Part shown: in pieces, positions 29,419 to 38,619 of the stretch
How the letters are laid out: every line of letters starts with the position of its first letter
How positions within the stretch are numbered: the first letter of the stretch is position 1
DNA from: Candidatus Poribacteria bacterium
GTDB taxonomy: Bacteria; Poribacteria; WGA-4E; WGA-3G
DNA length: 64,000 nt
Direction: 5' to 3'
Assembly (NCBI GenBank): GCA_965205015.1
Contig: OZ242029.1
Coordinates: 1,024,001-1,088,000 of the forward strand
The notes under the pieces: model-generated
The model's database searches: none
What the model was told of the DNA's origin: nothing
What the model saw: only the letters and a program-made list of their open reading frames with translations
Translations under genes and position numbers: made by a program

Positions 29419-29709
29419 CTACCTCCGATTTTGTAGGTTTTCTGTGAATGCTTCCAGACTTTGTACTCGGGGAGCGGAGCGGAGTAACTCTTTCAAGCGT
29501 TCCAAATCCTTAATAGCTTCAAGCCTTGGTTTTAGAGCTTGCACCGCTTCAGGTTGGAACTGATCGCTGAGGAGTGTCAGAATTGAGTCAATGGTCCCGG
29601 CTCTTTGACCGCGTTCAAGACCGCGTTCAAGACCGCGTTCAAGACCGCGTTCAAGACCGCGTGCTTCCGCTTCTTGAATATATTCTTGGAAAAAAGGAGA
29701 TTCTTGCAT
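29419..29709 (-). CDS. Putative intragenic small protein (RpnS-like antitoxin), 96 aa
   Basis: In-frame ATG preceded by a strong Shine-Dalgarno (CCGGAGGGTATTATG). Confidence 0.5.
   Translation of the reverse strand: MQESPFFQEYIQEAEARGLERGLERGLERGLERGQRAGTIDSILTLLSDQFQPEAVQALKPRLEAIKDLERLKELLRSAPRVQSLEAFTENLQNRR
29607..29662. repeat. 12-bp coding tandem repeat (4 full copies plus a partial) encoding (ERGL)n
   Basis: GACCGCGTTCAA repeated exactly. Confidence 0.9.
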
Positions 29710-30019
29710 AATACCCTCCGGTAAACGTTCTTCTACCAGTTGTTTGTCGTAAACCAACCCCCCGAAAATACCCAAAGCCGCTAATAAGAGGTTTACGTCC
29801 TCCGAACCTATATTTGAAGCTGCTTCGGTGTGGTGCGTTCTGAGTGTAAGTTGCTCCGTCGCCAATTCTTCCAGTACTATCAGGTCTGGATACTCAAGAA
29901 TATGCTCAGTGAAGGGTTTCGGGTAGCCCAGGGTCACAAATTTGGCGGCATTGTCGTAGCGGTGTCTCATAGAGATAGTATACCACAGCGCGCCAAAACC
30001 TGCCAATTTTTTTAACGTC

Positions 30020-31561
30020 TTACCAGGGGTGCGTGCGAAAGGGTGATGCAGGGAGCCCTTCCTTATTCACGAGATTCGGTTCCGCACTTTGATGCCAACC
30101 GAATCGAACGGCAACCGGATTCGCAACGGCAGTGCTGGAGACCACAATTGTGTCGCCCTCAACTGTCGCTTTCGCCTCAACGAATTGCTTATCCTCGCCC
30201 GCGATTTCAAACCATGTCAGAGGCTGTTCGTCTTTCGCCATCAAGCCACTCCCAACGAAGTCAAAACGCAGTCGGATCGTGTCGCCTTCTACCACCATCG
30301 ACTTGTAAATCGGACCGGAATAGGTTACATCCTCTCTGCCGTAGGTTTTCGCGAGTGCCCATAACGCAAGTCGTCTGCCAACCTCCTGCTTGTTTTGAGG
30401 ATGGATGTCCTTGAGGTTGCCGACATCCGTCGTCACAGCCATACCGGTATGCGGGACGGATAACGTCGCGGCTTGTGCTTCCCAAATTGCCGGTAGAGAA
30501 AATGGGCTGGCTCCCCAACCGTAATTAAACGGGGCAAGCTGCACGAAATAGAAGGGGAAATCGCCCTGTCCCCAAACCTCACGCCATCCGTTGATGAGTG
30601 CTTTCATCTTTTCATGGTAGAGCATTCCGTCCTGAAGGTTCGACTCGCCTTGGTACCAGATTGCCCCACGGAGCGCGTAAGGAACGATCGGATGCACCAT
30701 GCCGTTGTAGAGCCCGGTGGGTCTGGCGTGATGTCTCAGAGCGTGTCTATTTTCGGGGATCTGTGTAAGGCGAGCGTCGGTTTCTAATGCCTTCCGCGTT
30801 TCTGCAATCCACGCTTCAATCTCCTTCATCTTTTCCGGGAGCTGCTCGCGATAGTTCGCATCCGCTTCCTGAATCTCTTTGGATATGGATTCAAGCGCAG
30901 GGACGGTTGTGAAACCAACAGGCGGTGTCCACGGCTCAATGCGGGTGCCGCCCCAATTGGTGCTGATTAATCCAATCGGGACATTGAGGTTCTTGTAGAG
31001 TTTTCTACCGAAATAATAAGCAACAGCGGAGAAATTCTCGATCGTTTGTGGGGTGGTCTCATGCCAGTCGGCTTCGACATCTTGCTGAAGTAATCCTGAG
31101 GGTCTGTGCGGGATGTCAAACAGTCGGATCTTTGGATAGTCTGCCGCAGCGATTTCTGCATCGGCATCTCTTGAGGCACGTACCGACCATTCCATATTCG
31201 ATTGTCCGGAGCAGACCCAAACTTCCCCGAAGAGAACGTTTGTCAATTCAAGGGTATTATTTCCCTTAAAATGAAGTGTATAGGGACCCCCGGCTTTTCT
31301 CGCTGGGAGTTCGGTTCGCCAATCACCTTTCATATCGGCAACTACAGGGGTCGAGAAAAGTGGATCGGCATCCTCGCCTTCGGCACTGAGAGTTATCGTG
31401 ATTTCCTCGCCTGGGGATGCCCAACCCCAGATAGGACTGCGTATGTCGCGTTGTAACACCATGTTACTACCGATGACACTTGGCAACGTAACCTCGGCAT
31501 GCACGAAGGGTTGCGTGAAGAGTAATAGGAAACCGATGAAAGATAGCATTAATCGCTTCAT
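30020..31561 (-). CDS. Secreted sialate O-acetylesterase (SASA/SGNH family)
   Basis: Signal peptide from ATG 31561 (MKRLML); NMVLQR; GEVWVCSGQSNM; WGGT.IE.W; WYQGESN; DIHP.NK. Confidence 0.92.
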   Translation of the reverse strand: MKRLMLSFIGFLLLFTQPFVHAEVTLPSVIGSNMVLQRDIRSPIWGWASPGEEITITLSAEGEDADPLFSTPVVADMKGDWRTELPARKAGGPYTLHFKGNNTLELTNVLFGEVWVCSGQSNMEWSVRASRDADAEIAAADYPKIRLFDIPHRPSGLLQQDVEADWHETTPQTIENFSAVAYYFGRKLYKNLNVPIGLISTNWGGTRIEPWTPPVGFTTVPALESISKEIQEADANYREQLPEKMKEIEAWIAETRKALETDARLTQIPENRHALRHHARPTGLYNGMVHPIVPYALRGAIWYQGESNLQDGMLYHEKMKALINGWREVWGQGDFPFYFVQLAPFNYGWGASPFSLPAIWEAQAATLSVPHTGMAVTTDVGNLKDIHPQNKQEVGRRLALWALAKTYGREDVTYSGPIYKSMVVEGDTIRLRFDFVGSGLMAKDEQPLTWFEIAGEDKQFVEAKATVEGDTIVVSSTAVANPVAVRFGWHQSAEPNLVNKEGLPASPFRTHPW

Positions 31562-31645
31562 ATCGTTGCTCCTTGTAATTAAGGTGAATTTGAAAAATCT
31601 GTCTGATAATTCGCCGCGGAACTCCCATGCCAAGTTAACGTTCCT

Positions 31646-34093
31646 CTAATTTCTATCGCCATTCCCTTGAAGGCGTTCAGCGAGGTAACTGTTGCGTTGC
31701 ATAACTTGATTGTTGCGGATACAGATGCCGAGTGCTCGCTTGGTGCCGACTATGACGACACACTCTTTCGCACGGGTGATACCGGTGTAGAGCAGATTTC
31801 GTTGTAACATGAGATAGTGTTGCGTGTGCAAGGGGATAACAACGGCCGGATACTCACTCCCTTGCGCTTTATGGATAGTCGTCGCGTAAGCTAAGACGAG
31901 TTCTCCAAGGTCTGCGGTATCGTAAGCGACCTGCTTATCAGGGAATTGGATGTACACCTTTTTGTCGAGATGCTCAATTTCGAGGACTCTTCCGATATCG
32001 CCGTTGAACACGTCATAGTCGTAATTGTTGCGGATTTGCATCACCTTATCCCCGATGCGGAAACCGCCTGCGGTGCGAGATTGACCGGCGGGATCCGACA
32101 TCGGTTTGTAAGTCCGAACGCCGAACCTCGATTTTTGTAAGGGCGAGGTGACCTCGCCCCTACGGGTCATATATTCAGGATTCAAGACCTCTTGGAGGCG
32201 TTTGTTGAGACTTTCAGTGCCAAGCATCCCGCGTCGCATGGGGCATAAGAGTTGGATATCGTCTATTGGATGGTAATCATAGTGTTGTGGTAGCCGATCG
32301 GCAATGAGGGAGCATACTAATTCAACAATTACCTCAGGGTCTTCCTCCTCCATGAAGAAAAAGTTCCGGTCTGTATCGCCCGTGAGTTCTGGAAAATCGC
32401 CCTTATTAATGCGATGGGCATTGGTGACGATCATGCTCTCCTGCGCTTGACGGAATATTTTAGTGAGCTGGATGACGGGTATCTTATAGGAATCAATGAG
32501 TTCTCTGAGAACATTGCCTGCACCGACAGAGGGCAGCTGATCGGTGTCCCCGATGAGAATGACAGTCGTTGTCGGACGGATTGCCTGCATCAAACGGTTC
32601 ATCAGGACGAGGTCCACCATAGAGGTCTCATCCACAATGACGACATCTGTGTCTAAAGGGTTTTGTCGATTTCGTTTAAATCCGTTGTTTTGCGGAGAGA
32701 ATTCAAGGAGCCGATGAATGGTTTTGGCTTCGCGACCGGTTGTCTCACTGAGCCGTTTCGCCGCGCGTCCGGTGGGTGCGGTCAGGGTGATGCGTCTGCC
32801 TTCTGCTTCAAACAGGCGAATCATCCCCACAACAGTCGTGGTTTTGCCGGTGCCGGGTCCGCCGGTAAGGATCATGGCGGGTGTGGTCAGGGCGGTATAG
32901 ATCGCCTCGCGCTGTTGCGCGGCGAAACGGATACGCATATCCGATTCCAATCGGATCAGTGCCTCGGTATCAGTCGCCTCGGTTTTTAACTTTCCGTGAT
33001 TGAGGTGTTGTCCACGACCAGATAGGAGTCTCAAAAACTGGTTTGCGACACCGAGTTCGGCGTAGTAAAAGGGGGCGAGATAGATGGCGGAGTGGTTCTC
33101 GGCTGTCGGCTCTTGGCTCTCGGTAAAGAGGTTTTCTGGTGAAGTTGAACCCTCGTGCTGATGGCTGACCGCTGATGGCTGACCGCTATCTTCCTGATTG
33201 CTGACGGCTGATGGCTGCGTGCGCATCTCGTAGTCGGTCTGCGTCTCGTCTATGCCACTCTGTTCGTCGGCATCCCGGAAATCTACAAAACTGGGATTAA
33301 TAATTTCCTCTTTTTCGACGAGGGTGGAGATCCCTTGCGCAATCGCTTCAGGCTCCTGCTCAAGCATGGTTTGGCATGCTTCAACAAGTTCGGCTCGGCG
33401 TTGGAAGACGTGCCCTTCATCTGCCTTCTGGCTGAGAACGTATTTAATCCCCGCTTGGACCCGCTGTGGGGCATCCTTATCCATGCCAAGTTTCTGTGCG
33501 ATGGTGTCTGCGGTTACAAAGCCGATACCGTAAATGTCGTCGGCGAGACGATACGGATCTTCTGTGATGATCGGAATTGCATCGCTTTCATAAGTCTTGT
33601 AAATCTTTGCGGCGTGTGCGGTGCTAACATCGTGTGATTGTAGGAAGATCATGACGTTTTTTATTTCGCGTTGCGCTTCCCACGCTTCCTTGATGATTTG
33701 CACCCGCTTCCGCCCGATACCGGGGACGCGTGCCAATTTTTCAGGCTCGTTTTCAATGACATCCATGGTATCCATACCGAACTTACGGACGATGAGGCCC
33801 GCCATCTTGGGACCAATGCCTTTGATGAGACCCGAGCCGAGATATTTTCTTAATCCGACTACGTTTGCGGGGAGGATGGTTTCATACTTCTCGATCTGGA
33901 ACTGTCTGCCGTATCTGGGGTTATCTACCCACTGCCCCTGTAGGAGCAAGCTCTCGCCTGGGTTGATAGATGCTAAATTGCCGACAACTGTGATGAGTTC
34001 GGCATGGTCGCGCGCAGAAAGTCTGCCGACTGTATAGCCGGTGTCAGGGCTTTCATAGACGATACGTTCAAGTATCCCCTGCAGCGTTTCCAT
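31646..34093 (-). CDS. recD2: ATP-dependent RecD2-like DNA helicase
   Basis: YLGSGLIKGIG HhH region; GGPGTGKTT; APTGRAAKR; DETSM; QLPSVG; IFRQA; YA.TIHK.QGSE; YTGITRAK. Confidence 0.95.
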   Translation of the reverse strand: METLQGILERIVYESPDTGYTVGRLSARDHAELITVVGNLASINPGESLLLQGQWVDNPRYGRQFQIEKYETILPANVVGLRKYLGSGLIKGIGPKMAGLIVRKFGMDTMDVIENEPEKLARVPGIGRKRVQIIKEAWEAQREIKNVMIFLQSHDVSTAHAAKIYKTYESDAIPIITEDPYRLADDIYGIGFVTADTIAQKLGMDKDAPQRVQAGIKYVLSQKADEGHVFQRRAELVEACQTMLEQEPEAIAQGISTLVEKEEIINPSFVDFRDADEQSGIDETQTDYEMRTQPSAVSNQEDSGQPSAVSHQHEGSTSPENLFTESQEPTAENHSAIYLAPFYYAELGVANQFLRLLSGRGQHLNHGKLKTEATDTEALIRLESDMRIRFAAQQREAIYTALTTPAMILTGGPGTGKTTTVVGMIRLFEAEGRRITLTAPTGRAAKRLSETTGREAKTIHRLLEFSPQNNGFKRNRQNPLDTDVVIVDETSMVDLVLMNRLMQAIRPTTTVILIGDTDQLPSVGAGNVLRELIDSYKIPVIQLTKIFRQAQESMIVTNAHRINKGDFPELTGDTDRNFFFMEEEDPEVIVELVCSLIADRLPQHYDYHPIDDIQLLCPMRRGMLGTESLNKRLQEVLNPEYMTRRGEVTSPLQKSRFGVRTYKPMSDPAGQSRTAGGFRIGDKVMQIRNNYDYDVFNGDIGRVLEIEHLDKKVYIQFPDKQVAYDTADLGELVLAYATTIHKAQGSEYPAVVIPLHTQHYLMLQRNLLYTGITRAKECVVIVGTKRALGICIRNNQVMQRNSYLAERLQGNGDRN

Positions 34094-34172
34094 CTTTTAA
34101 CTTTACCTTTTAAGACAACAAACAGAGCGAACTACTCAAACAGATGCGCGACGGAGCAGGTAAACCCCACCC

Positions 34173-35408
34173 CTACACTTCAATTTCGTGCATCAACTTC
34201 CGAAAAGCGTTGAGTTGCGGGGCAATAATGTGTGAGGTATCCGTTTTGTTCTCAAGCGCTTCAACGGTTTTGAGTCCGTTCCCCGTGATGGCGAGAACCG
34301 TAGGTTCATCGGGTCGAATGTGTCCGCTCTCTATCAATTTTTTCGCGGCGGCGAGTGTAACCCCACCAGCCGTCTCCGTGAAGATACCTTCAGTGGAAGC
34401 GAGGAGCTTAATCGCGTCCACGATTTCAATATCGGTGGCGTGTTCACCGACACCGCCGGAGTTCCGGACTGTGTCAACGGCATAGATACCGTCTGCAGGG
34501 TTCCCGATAGCAAGCGATTTAGCGATTGTGTTGGGTCTGACGGGTTTTACAAAATCGCCATTCTCTTTGTATGTATTGACGATGGGTCCACACCCCTCGG
34601 CTTGGGCGACATGGATTTTAGTGTTCGGTTTATCTATTAACCCTAAAATATGGAATTCTTTTATAGCTTTGCCAATCTTTGTAATGAGAGAACCCCCGGC
34701 GGCAGGTGCGACGATATGCGCCGGTGCCTTCCAACCGAGTTGTTCGATCAATTCAAAGCAGAGGGTTTTCGAGCCTTCAGCGTAGAAAGGACGGATGTTG
34801 ATGTTAACAAATGCCCAAGGATAGACCCCACCAATTTCACTACAGAGTCGGTTGACATCGTCATAAGTGCCTGTGATACCGACAACCATCGGTCCATAAA
34901 CCAGGGAGGCGACGACCTTGCTAACTTCGAGATCCGCGGGGATGAAAATGAAGCAATTCAATTTCGCGATGGCAGCGTGTGCGGCGACAGCGTTCGCGAG
35001 GTTGCCAGTGGAGGCACAAGAAACAGTATCAAAATCGAATTCTTTTGCTTTGCTCAAAGCAACGGCTACGACTCGATCTTTGAAGGAAAAGGTCGGATGG
35101 CAGACAGTATCATCTTTGATATAGAGTTCTTTGATGCCGAGGGCGTCTCCGAGATTTTTCGCTCGGACGAGCGGTGTAAACCCGGTGTTGGTGCCATCTG
35201 TCGGTTCACCATCTACCGGCAGAAGATCGGCGTAACGCCACATACTTTCTGGACCGTTTTCTATTGAATGCCGTGAAATAGATTTTTGTATCTCTTCATA
35301 GTTATAGTCTACTTCCAGGGGCCCGAAACAGAACTCGCAAACGTGAAGAGGCTCCTTGGGATACTTCTGACCACATTCACGGCACTTGAGCCCTAATACT
35401 TTTTCCAT
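34173..35408 (-). CDS. thrC: Threonine synthase (PLP fold type II, N-terminal zinc ribbon)
   Basis: CREC/CEFC; PTFSFKDR; ASTGNLA; N.RPFY.EGSKT; ITGNGLK. Confidence 0.85.
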   Translation of the reverse strand: MEKVLGLKCRECGQKYPKEPLHVCEFCFGPLEVDYNYEEIQKSISRHSIENGPESMWRYADLLPVDGEPTDGTNTGFTPLVRAKNLGDALGIKELYIKDDTVCHPTFSFKDRVVAVALSKAKEFDFDTVSCASTGNLANAVAAHAAIAKLNCFIFIPADLEVSKVVASLVYGPMVVGITGTYDDVNRLCSEIGGVYPWAFVNINIRPFYAEGSKTLCFELIEQLGWKAPAHIVAPAAGGSLITKIGKAIKEFHILGLIDKPNTKIHVAQAEGCGPIVNTYKENGDFVKPVRPNTIAKSLAIGNPADGIYAVDTVRNSGGVGEHATDIEIVDAIKLLASTEGIFTETAGGVTLAAAKKLIESGHIRPDEPTVLAITGNGLKTVEALENKTDTSHIIAPQLNAFRKLMHEIEV

Positions 35409-35594
35409 TGTTTTTTTCCTTTTTCATTCTTTCATAATTATCGGTCTTCGGTTATCAGTTAAAGCGGGTGTTCGCTTGGGGTTTTTGCTTGGTGTCTTTG
35501 CTTGGGTATTTCTGCGGATTTCTGCGGATTTCCCCTGCAACGAAAATCTCTTCACCGACAACTGACGACTGGTAACCATCCCTCCGACAAATGA

Positions 35595-36926
35595 TTAGAT
35601 TGTCAGCTTAACGCTAAATTCGTTCTTCCCGGATTGTAAGGTAAGACGTATAAAAAGCGAACGTTCCCCTATCCATCTGACATCATCGGCGTTGGACTCG
35701 GTTAACCGTAAACCTTCGTGGTCGCCCCAGACGACTATCCCATAAGGCATTGCCCGCGTTGACTCTACTGCGATAGCGAGGTGTAGTTGGGTCCGGTGTC
35801 GCGTCGGTAAAAAGCCTATTAGGACAGGTTTATTCGCCTCGGATTGTAACACCCGTTCACCAGTATAGTTTTTGATTTCAACGGGATCCATAACACCCTC
35901 GACGAAGGTCAATTCACATGCCGCGTCGTAATAATACATTTTTAACGTAGACTTCGGTTCCGCAGTTTCCCCTTGAATCTCTGTACTTGCCCCTACAACA
36001 GCTGTCGGTTCGGTTTTCTGGCACTGTTTTATGTAATCGTCAACCATTTGAGAAAGGGGCAGCGGTTTTGTGTCTTCAATACTAACGACGTGTGCGAAAT
36101 ATGTATCCAGTCGCTCCAACCCCTCTTGTCCGAGGTGCGCAACGGTAAGCGGGTCAATATGTTCCACATACCCAAGCCAGGGACTCCACGCAGCGCTTTC
36201 TACATAGACATCATAATGCTGCTGTGCTGTTCCGTTTAAGAGTGCTGCGCGGAGATTATGTGCGTCTTCAGCAAGATGATCAGCAGTATGGTAGGGAATG
36301 CCAACAATCTTCTCAAATGATTGCGTAAGATCCGCATCAGCCGTCCCGCGTGCGACAACAGCATCAAGAGACGCTGAAGCCTCAAGCGGATAAAAACATC
36401 CAAACCCCCCGCGGTCGGAATCCCCAATTTCAGGAACATCAGAGGCGGTATCCTGAACATCTCGCTGCTTGTAGTGGTAACCCCAAAGCCCTTGGAACCC
36501 GGTCTGTTCAAGTGCCCGCAGAAAAGTATCATTCTTGAAGACTGCCCCAGCCATACTAAGTTCCGCCCAAGGCAGTATCCGTGTGAGTCTTTCCCGTTCC
36601 CTGGTTATATATGCCGGCAACTTCTCTCGCATCGTGACGAGATGCGATGCCATAACTTCTGTACTGGCACCCGGATTGGCGTTTCTTTCAGCCTCATAGT
36701 TCGTTTCCCAAATCGGTCTGATGTCGAGCATCAACAAAGGAGCGTCGCCGTTCTCTGTGTGGAATGTTGTGAGCAACTTCGCGATGACTGGCGCGGATTT
36801 GGTATCGACTGCCCATGTTATGGGTATGCGGTGCTTATGCGCAATTTCTGCTAACAGTCGGACACCCTCAAGTAGCCGCTCTCGGTCTTCCGCTATTGCT
36901 GTGCTTACCAATCCGTAACTCAGCAT
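35595..36926 (-). CDS. Hypothetical protein (443 aa)
   Basis: Long ORF starting 2 bp after the aldolase stop; no motif recognised with confidence. Confidence 0.75.
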   Translation of the reverse strand: MLSYGLVSTAIAEDRERLLEGVRLLAEIAHKHRIPITWAVDTKSAPVIAKLLTTFHTENGDAPLLMLDIRPIWETNYEAERNANPGASTEVMASHLVTMREKLPAYITRERERLTRILPWAELSMAGAVFKNDTFLRALEQTGFQGLWGYHYKQRDVQDTASDVPEIGDSDRGGFGCFYPLEASASLDAVVARGTADADLTQSFEKIVGIPYHTADHLAEDAHNLRAALLNGTAQQHYDVYVESAAWSPWLGYVEHIDPLTVAHLGQEGLERLDTYFAHVVSIEDTKPLPLSQMVDDYIKQCQKTEPTAVVGASTEIQGETAEPKSTLKMYYYDAACELTFVEGVMDPVEIKNYTGERVLQSEANKPVLIGFLPTRHRTQLHLAIAVESTRAMPYGIVVWGDHEGLRLTESNADDVRWIGERSLFIRLTLQSGKNEFSVKLTI

Positions 36927-36928
36927 TC

Positions 36929-37642
36929 CTATTCCAAAAAGACGGTAACGCCCAGGTCGGCATACTTTTGACGGGTGCTGGGGCTGCCGTTCCTAAAGCA
37001 GACAGCGGTTGTCGTTCCCTCTAAAGCCTTCGCGACGTATTCCACACACGCATCCACGGTCTGGAGTGCATGATTCGGGTGGCTCTCAATGCTGAATGTC
37101 AGATCCGCAGGACCAAAGGAGAGACAGTCAACACCCGGCTTCGCGAGCTGTCGCGCATGTGTGACGGCTTCTATGGACTCAATCTGCATCCAGAGGATGC
37201 CATTGGCATTCCACCAGTCGGCGTATTCAAGTCGTTCTTTGCCTTCGGAATTCACTCGGGGGGCACCGCCCCAACTCCGAAGCCCCTGCTGCGGGTAGTA
37301 GAAAGCAGCGACGGCTTCGTTTACGGTTTCGTCTAATTCGACCTGTGGCACCTCAATACCTGTGGGACCTAAATCAAGGTAGTTACCGATGAGATACGTG
37401 TTTCGGGTGTGCTTAATCCGAAAGTTGACTGGAATGCCGAGTTCATTCGCCATGTTACAGAAGGCAACAAGTCGGTCCTCGTTGTATGGAGAGTGTTGAC
37501 TATCCACGGCGACAAAATCGTAGCCGCCCTCCTCGACTTTGGCGACGAGTGCGTCGGCAGATGCTGCCATAGAGACGTTAGCGCCATAGACGAGTTCTCC
37601 GTTATGTATCCGCTGTTTCAAATTTGCTGCTGACATTGTCAT
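36929..37642 (-). CDS. HpcH/HpaI aldolase/citrate-lyase family protein
   Basis: GYDFVAVD.QH; LDLG..GI.VP.V; QIES.EAV; FGPADL. Confidence 0.88.
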   Translation of the reverse strand: MTMSAANLKQRIHNGELVYGANVSMAASADALVAKVEEGGYDFVAVDSQHSPYNEDRLVAFCNMANELGIPVNFRIKHTRNTYLIGNYLDLGPTGIEVPQVELDETVNEAVAAFYYPQQGLRSWGGAPRVNSEGKERLEYADWWNANGILWMQIESIEAVTHARQLAKPGVDCLSFGPADLTFSIESHPNHALQTVDACVEYVAKALEGTTTAVCFRNGSPSTRQKYADLGVTVFLE

Positions 37643-37790
37643 TCCTCATTTTTTAGCGCGTCTTGTAAATCAAAATCTGCTGTTAAATACTGTCCGCGGT
37701 GAAAGCCGGTTCAGTTCTACAATGGAAACGGCACAGCAGGGGCTATTCCGAAAGCAAGGCAGCGTTTCACGTCACGCCTAAACCTCTATA

Positions 37791-37819
37791 ATTATACCCC
37801 AAAAACCGTTTCCTGTCAA
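37791..37819 (-). promoter_or_regulatory. Consensus sigma70 promoter for the aldolase gene
   Basis: Minus strand TTGACA-17 bp-TATAAT. Confidence 0.8.
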
Positions 37820-37861
37820 CGGATTTGTGTTTTGGATGTTTGAACGGAGGGATTCAGTACA

Positions 37862-37954
37862 GGTGCGGTTAGAAAACCGCGTCTACCAAGGAATAAGGAA
37901 AGCAATCGCGAGCACACAGAAAAATAGCAGTCGGGAATCGGAGTTCCCTCCTAC
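37862..37954. repeat. Two intergenic GTAG-type REP palindromes
   Basis: GGTGCGGTTAGAAAACCGCGTCTAC (37862-37886; sibling at 55199-55222) and TCGGGAATCGGAGTTCCCTCCTAC (37931-37954; identical copy at 50313-50336). Confidence 0.8.
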
Positions 37955-38074
37955 CCGACCGGACCTGGGGAGGTGTGGCAAGAGTGAAGCTCAGGGAGGT
38001 ACACGCAATTCTCGGAATTGACAAGTTCGAATTTTCGAGGTATGATGCTGGGAAATGAGAAAATGGAGAATTGC

Positions 38075-38494
38075 ATGAAGCCTTACGAATACCTTGAACA
38101 TACAGCGGATATGGGACTGTTGGTTAGAGGAAAAAATCTGTCCGAACTTCTGAAAAACGCGGCGCAAGGCCTCTTTGAAACGATAGCGGTTGTGGATACT
38201 GTCGATGAGACAGATTCGGTCGAAATTCACCTCACGGCTGAATCTGTGGAAGACCTCTTTGTGAGATGGCTTGACGAACTCATTTTCCAACACGAAACAA
38301 AGGAAACTTTCTTTAAACGCGCCGACATCAAAGACTGTAGCGAAACGGAGGTATCAGCGACCGTTTACGGGGAACCCGCAAATTTCGATAAACACGAGGT
38401 TTATACCGAAATCAAGAGTGTCACATATCATCAGTTGCAAGTCGTGCGAAAGTGTGATGGAAGTTGGTTTGCTCAGGTTATTTTCGATCTTTGA
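38075..38494 (+). CDS. Archease (SHS2 domain; activator of RtcB-type RNA ligases)
   Basis: YEYLEHTAD; WL.ELIF; EIKSVTYH; ends IFDL; GGAG SD before ATG 38075. Confidence 0.93.
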   Translation: MKPYEYLEHTADMGLLVRGKNLSELLKNAAQGLFETIAVVDTVDETDSVEIHLTAESVEDLFVRWLDELIFQHETKETFFKRADIKDCSETEVSATVYGEPANFDKHEVYTEIKSVTYHQLQVVRKCDGSWFAQVIFDL

Positions 38495-38619
38495 TATAGC
38501 AATCAGTTGTCAGTAACGGGTGTAGACCGCAGTTTCAAATTGTCCCTACCGCATCTTACGGCAGCACAAGACAGGGCGAGATGACGCACAGGCGAACGGT
38601 CTCCTATGCCACAAAGCCC

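Larger units (their letters stand above)
29419..29970 (-). pseudogene. Rpn/YhgA-like (recombination-promoting nuclease family) gene with apparent internal deletion of the nuclease core
   Basis: N-terminal YDNAAK...EQL and C-terminal MQESPFFQE...(ERGL)n...L..LL tail typical of the family, but no H(I/V)E.Q core between them. Promoter TTGGCA-18-TATACT ends 6 nt before ATG 29970, suggesting a leaderless mRNA. Confidence 0.65.

Noticed and set aside
29419-30006. Active transposase or IS element
   Set aside because: The Rpn/YhgA family is often labelled 'putative transposase', but there are no TIRs or target duplications and the catalytic core appears absent.
34650-35267. Long antisense or alternate-frame ORFs (e.g. 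34650..35267, 54759..55400, 16166..16777, 28478..29134)
   Set aside because: They shadow well-supported genes and show no recognisable motifs or translation signals.
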